Shown here one piece after another: positions 25,823-37,771 of a DNA stretch of 64,000 bases. Under the pieces are notes generated by a model, which made no database searches, was not told the origin of the DNA, and was given only the letters and a program-made list of their open reading frames with translations. This stretch comes from Macrostomum lignano (lineage: Eukaryota), in the NCBI GenBank assembly GCA_002269645.1, contig NIVC01003422.1:34512-98511 (forward strand), written 5' to 3'. The translations under genes and the position numbers were made by a program. Numbering within the stretch: the first letter of the stretch is position 1; every line of letters starts with the position of its first letter.

Positions 25823-28631
25823 TATGGATCCTATATACTAAAAATTATATATCTATTGATAAAAATAAATCTAATAGGCCTACTACCAAAATCGCCAAAA
25901 CCTTCAGAACAATGCTAAAATAGTCATTCTTAGGCCTAAAATTCATGGGGCTAGGTAGAGCCACAGAGAAACTATAATTTTTTTATTTAATTGTTAGTAT
26001 TACTAATGGCAATGTCTTTAATTCCATTTGCTTCTTGTAGTAGACGAAATATAGCATTAAAAGTTGTTTCCTAACTGGGGACAACAAAGCTATCTTGTTG
26101 AAAAACTATAAAGTGATAATTTTGTCAAAATTTCATCTTATTATTTGCCTAATAAAAGAAAACTCATAATTGTAGACATATATCTTAGATATACAGTCAT
26201 AGATAGAGTATTTTTGTTTTTTTTTTGCCATATATAAAACATTCGGTTTTTATTTTGATCGGATTTTTAGGCCTAATATTTTAATTTTTAACTTGGTGAT
26301 ACTGATAACTGGCTTATAGGCTAGCTAGCGCAAGTCATAATAATTGATTACATTTAGGATTGATAACGCTGCTGTACAAAAAATGTTACATTGAATAAAA
26401 TTGTGAAAATGTAAACAAATTCCTGACAATGAGATATTACAATATTACAGGCGCTTTACAGTTTAGAAAAATCAAAACAATGCAGTATACAACACGGACG
26501 TAAACGTAATCAAATAATTTTTTTCCGGTCTGAACTATTCGAAACAATTTATGGAACTTCATAATTGCAATCGAAATTTAGTTTAAAAAAACAAAAGTGG
26601 CTCTAAAAATGTATGCTTTTTTGTAATTTTTTACCCCTTCCCCCAGTGTCACAAAAAATAAAACAGATAAAGAGTGTTACCTTAAAAATGGGCTGGGATG
26701 TTACGCGTAGAATTCTTTTACGGATCTGTTACAGGAGATCTTTTGTAGAAAATTGATCTTTTACAGGAAAATATGAAGATTTTAATTGAGGACTATTAAT
26801 TAGAAGATAGTATTACAATTCAAGGACTACTTAAGAAACAGTTGTTAAGTAGTCCTTGTATCACAATTGCATCAATCACAGGGAGAAACGCAAAGCTCAC
26901 ATTTATATCAATTTTCGTTTCAATTATGCATTGAGAAGTTGTCGTAGCAGTATCTTTGAAGCTTTAACGATCAGTTGATCTTATGAACCGCTGTACACTC
27001 CTGTGAGTGTGTGCCTGTGGTGCTGCATAGTTTGATTCAAAGAGAGACTCTTGTCTCTGGGAACAACGGGGAATTTATTCTATCGGCATATATGAAAAAC
27101 AGGGTCACACATGCATTTTTACCATACCCATTCAGAATTGCATTGCATATTTATATAATATACAATAGCACGTACATTACTCTTGTGTTATGGATGTGCA
27201 ATGCAGCCGCAGTAAATACGAACGTATGCTGAGTTGGACAAGTCAACATGTAACGGTTAATGATTATAAACAAAAATAAACATATACATGTAGAGCTTGA
27301 AAAACTGGAACTAGATCAAATCAAATCCTTTGAAGTGGAGAGATCCACCCTTAGTTAAGTTAATTGGTTTTATGTTATAATTAGAAAATATTCATCTTCT
27401 CTGAGTGTATAACAGTCGCATTAGCATGTATTAATCTTTCAAAGCCAAGCTTGTCACACGTAACTTATCGCTGGTATAGGTAGCAGGATCTCAGACAGTA
27501 TAAAATCATGTGGGTTTAAAGTCACTACTGACATAATTTGATTAACATACGCATAAAGTGGCAAAATACGAACGCATGAGTGCTAGGCGTGCAGGATACA
27601 ACAGGAAGTGCTGGATCCTGTACCCATGACTCATTAGGCAGTTTAATATTGAGGCTGGGAGGAAGCAGAAATGAAATACGATGCCAATCAAGCCAAATCC
27701 ATGCCATACATGAATCTAAATTAACCTGCTTTAATTATGCTGGAGGTGTAAGCCGCAGAAGCCCCCTGTAGAATCCATTAATACATGCAATTACAGAACC
27801 ACAGATACTATATAACATAACTATATAGCATATTATATAGTATCTGTGTACAGAACTGATCTTACCCTCACTGAAGCATGCAGTCATTTCTCACTTAGCT
27901 TTTAGACTCCTGTAATTGTCAGGAAGTGTCCTTATCGAGTTATTTCATTGGGAATATTCAATTTTCATCAAGAAGAATTTAAAGTGCATCCGGAATTTAA
28001 AGTGCATCCGGAGCAATTATACAATAATATTTTGCATACAATACAACTATCGCAAGAGGCCAGGCAAGGCGCAAAGTTCTGCAGCAGATTAATAATATAT
28101 ATTCGTTGGCTTCATCTGAACTCCCAGAAGGCTCTCTACTGAGTAACCATGCACCGAAAAGTGCATATATGCTACTCTCAAATTCCATAAGACGGTCCAT
28201 ATTTTCTACGGGTCAAGCTCTGGCTGATATTCAATCAATGAAATGCATCGATAAAGCGCCAGAGCCTTGTCTGCATTCGGGAGTCGGGTGCCGAATCCCT
28301 GTGCACTCATCCATTATCTGCAGACACAAATATCCCTGTGTCAATAGAGAGCTAGTAGTAGAGGAAATTCCGTGTGGTCTATGGTGAGAGTACATAGGCC
28401 GCGTGTGTTTGCAGGCAGGGGCGGGACTCCACGGAAATTCCGTGTGTGAAGATTTTCATGCATACATAAGAAAGTCTTCCTATGTACTCATAAGCACACA
28501 TTAGTCGAAAACATAGCATCCGGTGATACAGTAACACATGTGCCTCCAATTTTAAGCATTGACTATAACTTTAATCTTGTAATTTGCCTTTCTGGGAAAT
28601 GCAGAATGACTCTGAAGGCTAAAAAGTGCCT

Positions 28632-29250
28632 GGTACCAGCACCAGTACCAGCACCAGTACCAGAACCAGTACCAGCACCAGTACCAGCACCAGTACCAGC
28701 ACCAGTACCAGCACCAGTACCAGTACCAGCACCAGTACCAGAACCAGTACCAGAACCAGTACCAGCACCAGTACCAGTACCAGCACCAGTACCAGTACCA
28801 GTACCAGCACCAGTACCAGAACCAGTACCAGAACCAGTACCAGCACCAGTACCAGCACCAGTACCAGTACCAGCACCAGTACCAGTACCAGTACCAGAAC
28901 CAGTACCAGCACCAGTACCAGCACCAGTACCAGTACCAGCACCAGTACCAGTACCAGTACCAGCACCAGTACCAGAACCAGTACCAGAACCAGTACCAGC
29001 ACCAGTACCAGCACCAGTACCAGTACCAGCACCAGTACCAGTACCAGTACCAGCACCAGTACCAGAACCAGTACCAGCACCAGTACTAGCACCAGTACCA
29101 GCACCAGTACCAGTACCAGCACCAGTACCAGTACCAGTACCAGCACCAGTACTAGCACCAGTACCAGCACCAGTACCAGTACCAGTACCAGCACCAGTAC
29201 CAGCACCAATACCAGTACCAACACCAGTACCAGGACCAGTACAGGACCAG
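28632..29250. repeat. Hexanucleotide microsatellite (GTACCA/GCACCA/GAACCA)n
   Basis: Direct reading. Confidence 0.97.
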
Positions 29251-31394
29251 ATACTTCAAGCTCTACTTATAGCCTTAAGAATGAATATGCCCCAGCTATA
29301 ACAATTTTATCAATGCTTTTTATGCATGGAATAGATTTTTTATTGGTCCACAGAAGGGCCTTCAAGGCTTCCTATATATGAATTGAGAACAAAATGTGAA
29401 CGTGATAATATAGATTATCAAATAGTGACTGAATGCGCAGAATTTGCACACTCTGCACGAGACAACATCTGGTAGGAGATGATACCATTTGCTAAGTAGA
29501 ACAGTGGCTACAAGTAAACTCTTACCTCGTATAGACGTGCTGTGGAAATGTGCATTGGCAAAGCTATTAAGCTCGTACAGTCCTAAAACAGTATCTACCA
29601 TAGAAGCATCAAAATGTTTCCCACTTGCATGCTCGCCCAGAGTCTGGCCTGGTGGGATGCAGTATAGTACCAGGGAGTTTGGAATAAAATGGGTGATGTC
29701 AACTCAGTCCCCAGAAATGGAATTAAGCGATGGATATAGAGAGTGTACAATCATCGCCCTTTGTCTCCCCAGACCCCACTGGGATAATATAGGATAAATG
29801 GGGATATTATGCCAACTTAAGGCTCCAGATTCCAATAGAGGGATTTGACAGCGGAAGCGCCGCTCTGACGCATGGCTTCCATTCTGGAACAGGCGCTTTT
29901 CAACCGTCTCAATATCAACCGAACGGTTTTGCCTAAACGAAGCAAAGCCCCTCGTAATAACTTTGCAACCGCGACGGAAAAGTTGTGAGGACTCGAAACT
30001 GAAAATTCTCTTCTATCACTGAATAAAAGTTCTCTATTACTAAGAGGTCAGTATTACCTCTACACAGTTCCTCATTCGGTCAGTGGGTGCAGGTATGCTA
30101 TGTTGGAAATGCTTTACCTTAATCAAGAGCAGAGAGATCTTTGGCAGAGTTCTCTGATACCAGTGGAGTGCTTGGACATGCTGCATAGGAATAAGGTGAG
30201 ACACTTTGTAGGATAACTTTGAATTCCATTCTATTACCTAAACAAAGTTATCTTCGCAACATATCGGCATTTCACAAAAAGATGATAGTAGTGTCTAATA
30301 GTACTTTTAATTTACTGTACAATCGAATCTCACAGACTACGGCTATGGCTATACTGAGTTGAGCAGATTAAGAGTGCATCTGCAACAGGTTTTTCCCACC
30401 AACATCAAGATAGCTTTGAGACCCAATGATCCGGTTGTTTTTGGTGACTTAATAAAGGAAACTTCAAATTCAGAGTTAGATAGACGGATAGATGGGTAGG
30501 TAGGCAGGCAGGTAGACAGATATTGCTTCGAGTTAAAAGCTAATAAAGTGCCAGCCGCAAGGAGCTGTCATTCACATCGTCAGCAGATGCTTCAACCTTC
30601 TTGAGCGCCCAGCCTCTGTCCGCCCCGTATTGAGCAGCGTCACCCGCTTCACTTCAAGCAGCCGCTTCCTGCTTCCCGCAGGCACAATGGCCGGCAGGAA
30701 ATTGGCTTCGTGAATAGCGGCATCGGTCCTGAAGAAGCAGCGGCTCAATAAATTTGACTGATGGGACGATGAGCATTGCGAAGCATGCGAGAGCGGAAAA
30801 AACTTTCCAAAGGAAATTCTGTAACTAATATACTGCAGTCTATTTTTATCCTACAGAATCTATATTTAGCCTCCAGTAGAAAATACATGTATACTCCGAA
30901 AAACTATGAGTTGCGCAGTCAAATATGGTGAGCTACCGGATTAAACAAGCTGAGTCAGAGACCGGCTTTTCTATGCGTCGAGATGTTTGCCTGTCAAAAA
31001 TTGAAGCAGAAATCTGAGTTTGAAAAGGCTACTCTTTTATCGAACTAGGAATTGGCGTCACACGACCCGGATAAGAATGCTCGCCTGATGAAGCCGAAAC
31101 TCTGCTCAGGCTTTGGGTAGCTGCTGCATGGGGGTGGGAGAGGAAGTGCAGACCGCTGGTCGAGTTGGGAGTCGAAATTGGGATTTCTTAGAGATTGCCA
31201 ATAGCGGAAGACGGGGAGCTGACCAAGTCCTGAGGTTCAAGAGTTTGAGCTGTGAGCTGTGTGGAACAGAAACTCCAGCCATCAGATTTGATATTGCTTC
31301 TCTAATTGGAGATTGGAGAAAGTTTTTTGCTTTGATAAGCGACTGGTATATGAGGTCGGAGACTCTAGACTGGAGATAAAGAGACAAGGCATGA

Positions 31395-32842
31395 GGGGAG
31401 ATGAGCTGGGAAGAGAGGGAGATTGGGTTGAATGAGGGTGACTGGGATGAAGAGGGGGGAGATTGGGGTGAAAAAGGGAGGGATTGGGTGAAGAGGAAGA
31501 GATTAGGTGAAGAGAAGGAGATTAGAGGGAAGAGGGAGATTGGGGTGACTAAGTGGAGATTGGGGTGAAGCGGGGGGAATCGGATTGAATAAAGGGAGAT
31601 TGGAGTGAATAAGGGAAGATTGGGATGAAGAGAGGGAGATTGGGGTGAAGAGGGGAGATTGGAGTGAAAAGGGGAGATTGGGGTGAAGAGGGAGAGATTG
31701 GGTGAAGAGAAGGAGATTAGAGGGAAGAGGGAGATTGGGGTGACTAAGTGGAGATTGGGGTGAATAAAAGGAGATTGGGGTGAAGAGGGGGAATCGGATT
31801 GAATAAAGGGAGATTGGAGTGAATAAGGGAAGATTGAGGTGAAGAGGGGGAGATTGTGGGTGAAGAGGTTAAGATTGGGGTGAAGAGGAGACATTGGGGT
31901 GAAGAGGGAGAGATTGGATTGAATAAAGGGAGATTGGGGTGAAGAGGGAAAGATTGGGGTGAAGAAGGGAAGATTGGGGTGAATAAGGGGAGATTGGGGT
32001 GAAGAGGGGGAGATTGAGGTGAAGAGGGAAAGATTGGGGTGAAGAAGGGAAGATTGGGGTGAAGAGGGAAAGATTGGGGTGAATAAGGGGAGATTGGGGT
32101 GAAAAGGGAAAGATTGGGGTGAAGAAGGGAAGATTGGGGTGAATAAGGGGAGATTGGGGTGAAGAGGGGAGATTGAGGTGAAGAGGGAAAGATTGGGGTG
32201 AAGAAGGGAAGATTGGGGTGAAGAGGGAAAGATTGGGGTGAATAAGGGGAGATTGGGGTGAAGAGGGGGAGATTGAGGTGAAGAGGGAAAGATTGGGGTG
32301 AAGAAGGGAAGATTGGGGTGAAGAGGGAAAGATTGGGGTGAATAAGGGGAGATTGGGGTGAAAAGGGAAAGATTGGGGTGAAGAAGGGAAGATTGGGGTG
32401 AATAAGGGGAGATTGGGGTGAAGAGGGGGAGATTGAGGTGAAGAGGGAAAGATTGGGGTGAAGAAGGGAAGATTGGGGTGAAGAGGGAAAGATTGGGGTG
32501 AATAAGGGGAGATTGGGGTGAAGAGGGGGAGATTGAGGTGAAGAGGGAAAGATTGGGGTGAAGAAGGGAAGATTGGGGTGAAGAGGGAAAGATTGGGGTG
32601 AATAAGGGGAGATTGGGGTGAAAAGGGAAAGATTGGGGTGAAGAAGGGAAGATTGGGGTGAATAAGGGGAGATTGGGGTGAAGAGGGGGAGATTGAGGTG
32701 AAGAGGGAAAGATTGGGGTGAAGAAGGGAAGATTGGGGTGAAGAGGGAAAGATTGGGGTGAATAAGGGGAGATTGGGGTGAAGAGGGGGAGATTGAGGTG
32801 AAGAAGGGAAGATTGGGGTGAAGAGGGAAAGATTGAGGTGAA
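31395..32842. repeat. 20-bp purine-rich minisatellite (GATTGGGGTGAAGAGGGAAA)n
   Basis: Direct reading; G-tracts give G-quadruplex potential. Confidence 0.95.
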
Positions 32843-33555
32843 GGTTAGCGGTGGTACGGAGGTCAGCCGGGACGTCAGTAGAAGACCTCAGGAACAGTCT
32901 ACGAGCTACCAGCTTAGCAGATATTTGGCCAACGCTCAAAGATGAGATTAAACGCTGCTTATCAAAAATACGGGCCGCCATCTGTCGGGCTGATTCGGAT
33001 TGAGACGAAAAATAATTCATATTCAGTTCATGGCAGTTTATTCAGATCAATATGGCATAATTAATATATAGGTATACTCATTTCGATTGAATTTCGACAG
33101 CTTCGTCCCACGAGATTGCAAGATTTTAATCCCATTTGGTAGGTAGCAGCAGATAAATATGTGACTTCGAGCTGCGCGGATAATCCCAGATATTACTCCC
33201 CATATTGCTCCCAATACTCTAAATATTCCTCTCAATATTACTTTCAATATAACTCTGAATATTACTTTAAATATTGCTCTCAATCTGAAAATCACTCTCA
33301 ATCAGTCAGTGTTTCTGGAATGAGTAAAAAATTACACTTTTAAAACCTGAACGGACTGAGCTGCTCAACCATCATCCCCCAGATCCTTGGTAGCAACCTG
33401 AGAAACAGATAAACAAAAATATGCGCGATATTTTAACCAAATTGCAATCATTTTAAACAAAAAGATCATACACTGAGTCGTGTTCAACCTCATAATGTAA
33501 AACCATTCACATTTGGATATAAAGAACTGTCTGAGAACTGCAGCTCCTTCACTCT

Positions 33556-33725
33556 GATTGGCTGAGGGCGGACCCCACTCCCATTCTTTCAACTCAAAGC
33601 TTTTAAAGCGGCCGCTCCGTTGGAGTTTCTGTCGCGATCACCGCAGCACAAGTTGTCGAACAAAAATCCGCAGATCCTGGGAAGCGCCTTTGCTATAACT
33701 CATCTGAGCCTATCAAATATAAGGT
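33556..33725 (+). promoter_or_regulatory. Putative promoter and non-coding first exon of NPF precursor 1
   Basis: Reverse CCAAT and a GC box (gattggctgagggcgg), a strong donor AAG|GTGAGT at 33724, and an acceptor ctttctcAG ending at 34455, 14 nt before the ATG. Confidence 0.45.
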
Positions 33726-34064
33726 GAGTACTGGAAATTCGATTTCAACTCTCCAAATTTTCCAACTCAGAAGCCATGCGTGCGGGGTCGAGAATTCCTT
33801 GGGGGGGGGGGGGGAGGTAGAGAGCAGAGTTGTCTGTCACGATAGTGTGCTGGCTTGATTGCTGCATTAATATAGATAGGTCTGACTGGAGTGAGCAGGC
33901 TGGCTCCAGCCATAGTTTCAGCAGGGAATCAGTGCTTTAGTGAGACAGACTTTCTACAGAGATTCAATATGGCTACTAGCTCTATAAATTCGTATAAAAC
34001 TAGGAATCTAATATCTTAGATTTGGAATTAGGAATGAGTGATATGTTTCCGAATCTGGGGTTTT

Positions 34065-34345
34065 GGATCTAGGGTTTCGGGTCTGGGAGTTGGAACCTGG
34101 GATTAGGGACCTGGGATTTGGGATCTGGGAGTTAGGACCTGGGATTGGGGACCTGGGATTTGGGATCTGGGAGTTAGGACCTGGGATTGGGGACCTGGGA
34201 TTTGGGATCTGGGATTTGGGATCTGGGATTTGGGATTTGAGATTTCGGATTTGAGATTTCGGAACTGAGATTTCGAACCAGGGATGTGGGACCTGGGATC
34301 TAGGATCAGGGAGTTCGGATTTCAGATCTGGGATCCTAGATCTGG
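34065..34345. repeat. Degenerate 7-bp-based repeat (GGGATTT/GGGATCT/GGGACCT)
   Basis: Lies in the putative first intron of NPF precursor 1. Confidence 0.8.
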
Positions 34346-34469
34346 ATCTTTAATTTCAACAAGTTTGAGTTGAGGTCTAATTGTCAATGTAATTTCTTAT
34401 TGGTACACTTCACGAATGAGATTTAGCTTCAAGCACTTTCGTGCGCCTTTCTCAGAGCCACCGTCGAAA

Positions 34470-35132
34470 ATGCAGCATCTTGCCACTTGCGGCCGGCCAT
34501 TGCTGGACAAGGGATCGCGGGGTTCAACGGTTCCGCCGAGGCAGCTGACGCTGGCGCCGCTCGTGCTGGCGCTACTGCTGGCGCTGCTGCTGGTGGCGCC
34601 GGCGCCCGCAGCCGCGTTCCGGGTGGCGGGCCTCTCCGACTCCGCCGCCATCGAGAAGCGGCAGCTGGTCAAGCCACAGATGCCGGAGCGGTTCAACTCG
34701 GAGGAGGAGCTCAAGATCTACATGCAGCAGCTGGAGGCCTACTACAAGCTGCTGGCCAGGCAGCGGTGAGTCAGGCAGTCAGTCAGTCAGTCAGTCAGTC
34801 AGTCAGTCAGTCAGTCAGTCAGTCAGTCAGTCAGTCAGTCAGTCAGTCAGTCAGGCAGTCAGTCAGTCAGTCAGTCAGTCAGTCAGTCAGTCAGTCAGTC
34901 AGTCAGTCAGTCAGTCAGTCAGGCAGTCAGGCAGTCAGGCAGTCAGTCAGTCAGTCAGTCAGTCAGTCAGTCAGTCAGTCAGTCAGTCAGTCAGTCAGGC
35001 AGTCAGGCAGTCAGTCAGTCAGTCAGTCAGTCAGTCAGTCAGTCAGTCAGTCAGCCATTAAATTTCAGTTTCGGCAAGCGCTCTGACCCCGAAGTCTGGC
35101 AGGACGTTGACAGGGACGCCCTGTACTACTAA
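34470..35132 (+). CDS. npf: Neuropeptide Y/F precursor 1; mature QLVKPQMPERFNSEEELKIYMQQLEAYYKLLARQRF-amide
   Basis: Exons 34470-34765 and 35069-35132. Signal-peptide-like hydrophobic stretch, KR, 36-aa peptide, then GKR. A phase-2 intron splits the Arg codon of RxRF (CG|T), the conserved NPY/NPF intron position. Confidence 0.92.
34770..35054. repeat. (CAGT)n microsatellite filling the NPF1 coding intron
   Basis: Occupies almost the whole 303-nt intron. Confidence 0.97.
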
Positions 35133-35367
35133 GAGAGACTCGATTCCTCTTCTCAACTCTGTGCAAACTACTCTCAATAGTAGAAATTGAATGCTGCTAT
35201 TCGAATTCCAGTTAACAGCAAAAATAAATGCCGCGAATCTGTCGCATATCGCGGTTGCTAATCGATTGATTAGCCGCTGCGGGCGGTTAAGAGACTAGAG
35301 CTTATCAACTGCCGGTCTGTTTTCCTTTTGATGATTTATTTAGCCTTTAATTCGAGCCATTCAAGCT

Positions 35368-35810
35368 TGGTTGGTTGGTTGGTTGGTTGGTTGGTTGGTT
35401 GGTTGGTTGGTTGGTTGGTTGGTTGGTTGGTTGGTTGGTTGGTTGGTTGGTTGGTTGGTTGGTTGGTTGGTTGGTTGGTTGGTTGGTTGGTTGGTTGGTT
35501 GGTTGGTTGGTTGGTTGGTTGGTTGGTTGGTTGGTTGGTTGGTTGGTTGGTTGGTTGGTTGGTTGGTTGGTTGGTTGGTTGGTTGGTTGGTTGGTTGGTT
35601 GGTTGGTTGGTTGGTTGGTTGGTTGGTTGGTTGGTTGGTTGGTTGGTTGGTTGGTTGGTTGGTTGGTTGGTTGGTTGGTTGGTTGGTTGGTTGGTTGGTT
35701 GGTTGGTTGGTTGGTTGGTTGGTTGGTTGGTTGGTTGGTTGGTTGGTTGGTTGGTTGGTTGGTTGGTTGGTTGGTTGGTTGGTTGGTTGGTTGGTTGGTT
35801 GGTTGGTTGG
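35368..35810. repeat. (TTGG)n microsatellite, essentially perfect
   Basis: About 110 copies. Confidence 0.98.
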
Positions 35811-36042
35811 CCAACGCAAATGGACACCGCCTGCAGACCTGCCGACCAAACTGCACAAGCCCATTTTAATTAGTTTCACGCTGTGATGGAAGCAAACAGT
35901 TAAAAATTAAAACAAAAACGATTTACTGCCTACTTTTAGTATTATATTGGGCTAACCAATGATGAAAGTTAAGAAAAAATGATTAATACATGCAGCTGCT
36001 TTACACATGCTTGACCGACGGTTGCCAGATCTAACCAAGCTT

Positions 36043-36302
<260 letters not shown>

Positions 36303-36791
36303 TTCGTCGTAGGAGACATCTCGCACACTCTTATCAAAGGTTGTCAATCAATTCACTAGGAGGCTGTATTTATTGATGGGCTGCCATAGCAAAAGAATAA
36401 GAGTATATAATTAGTTCGTTCAACCAGGAGTCAGGTATTTCCTAATCTGGCAGCATTATCCACTGGACCAATCATCTATTCGATTGAATCCGAAAGGCAG
36501 AATACATAACCAGCAGAACAGTGCAGTCAGGGCTGCACAGGTGCCATTTGTGACTGACAGAGCCGCTGAGCAATGGATGCTGGGCAATAAACAATGCGAG
36601 GCAGGTTGCTATTGGCGCGCCTTTGCCCCGCTCAAGCCGTGCGGAAACGCTCAACTCTCCGTTCGATCGATTTCAGATTGGCTGCTGCTGCAAATCTCCC
36701 ATCCCACTCCCTGATATCCCCTATTTTGGCCTTCTCACCGCATTTAGCTCCCCTCCCCGCGGGCCGCCCACCGCCTTGTTGTTTCGTCCCT

Positions 36792-36921
36792 TATAAATCC
36801 GACACGATCGAAGCCCGTCAGCCGTTGCCTGTCAGAACTGTTGAAACACAGAACCCTTCCGGACAAATATTGCTTGCTCTCGGGACAGCTGGTTGCCGTT
36901 CTAAGCAGTAGAAAAACAGGT
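36792..36921 (+). promoter_or_regulatory. TATA box and non-coding first exon of NPF precursor 2
   Basis: TATAAA at 36792-36797, donor CAG|GTAAAG at 36920, acceptor cccccgcAG ending at 36995, 12 nt before the ATG. Confidence 0.55.
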
Positions 36922-37007
36922 AAAGCTGATGTTCACCTTCTCATATTCTTTAAGTTTCCGGAAACCGAAACCGAAAATCGACCCCCCCCCCGCAGTGAGA
37001 CTCCGTC

Positions 37008-37506
37008 ATGCCGATCAGCAGCACCATGAAGTCGACAGCGCCCGTCTGCCACCCGCGCCTACTCGTGTGGGTCGCCTTCGCCGCCTTGGTGGCCGCCACC
37101 GCCTCCGCTGCCGCCACCGCCGCGGCCGCCTCTGCCGACCTGCCCTTTGAAGTCGCCGACGCGGCCGGCGCCGCTTTTGAAAAGCGTCAGATCCAGCCGC
37201 CTGCTAAGCCGGATCGGTTCACCACCGTGGAGCAGTTTGACACCTACATGAAGCAGCTGGAGGCTTATCTAAAGCTTATCGGCCGGCAGAGGTGCGGCAT
37301 AATTTATTGCACCTGCCTTATCTGATCTAATTAACCTCAGGTCCAGAGTATCAATAATTGCTTGATAATTACAGCGCCCCAATCCAACCTCCCTTGACCG
37401 CCGCAGATTCGGCAAGCGCTCCGTCTGGCACCGCTACTCCCGACTGCGCAGGAACCCCTGGTGGGTTCTGGGAGACTCCAGCTCGAGCGCTGACTACCTT
37501 GGATAG
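37008..37506 (+). CDS. npf: Neuropeptide Y/F precursor 2; mature QIQPPAKPDRFTTVEQFDTYMKQLEAYLKLIGRQRF-amide
   Basis: Exons 37008-37291 and 37407-37506 (115-nt intron GTGCGG..CCGCAG splitting AG|A). Signal peptide, KR, 36-aa peptide, GKR, then a C-terminal extension. Confidence 0.92.
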
Positions 37507-37771
37507 CCGGGAGCTGACTCAAGAAACTTTTCTGTCTCAAACAGCTCGGGACTCACTTAATTATTAGCAGAATTCAATTTCAAACTGGCTGTTCAAAGCA
37601 AATAAATATTGGATGAGATTAATCTTCTGTCAGCGGCGCATTCTTTGACTAGCTCACTGCAAACTGAAGAGGCGTTCTGTCTTGTTTGTTACTACGGAAT
37701 CGCATAAGGTCTCATGATGGAAGACGTGAAACTGAAATCTAAAGACTAAGTCTTTTTTCCATCTGACAAAG

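Noticed and set aside
28540-29381. Pro/Val-rich or mucin-like Thr/Ser ORFs
   Set aside because: A hexamer microsatellite open in multiple frames on both strands, with no signal peptide or splice context.
30060-30380. Cluster of donor- and acceptor-like sites suggesting tiny exons
   Set aside because: The phases could not be joined into one open frame.
34416-34469. Upstream ATG at 34416 as the NPF1 start
   Set aside because: It lies upstream of the acceptor at 34455, so it is probably intronic; the ATG at 34470 precedes the signal peptide.
35328-35886. (LVGW)n and (PTNQ)n ORFs
   Set aside because: A pure (TTGG)n microsatellite.
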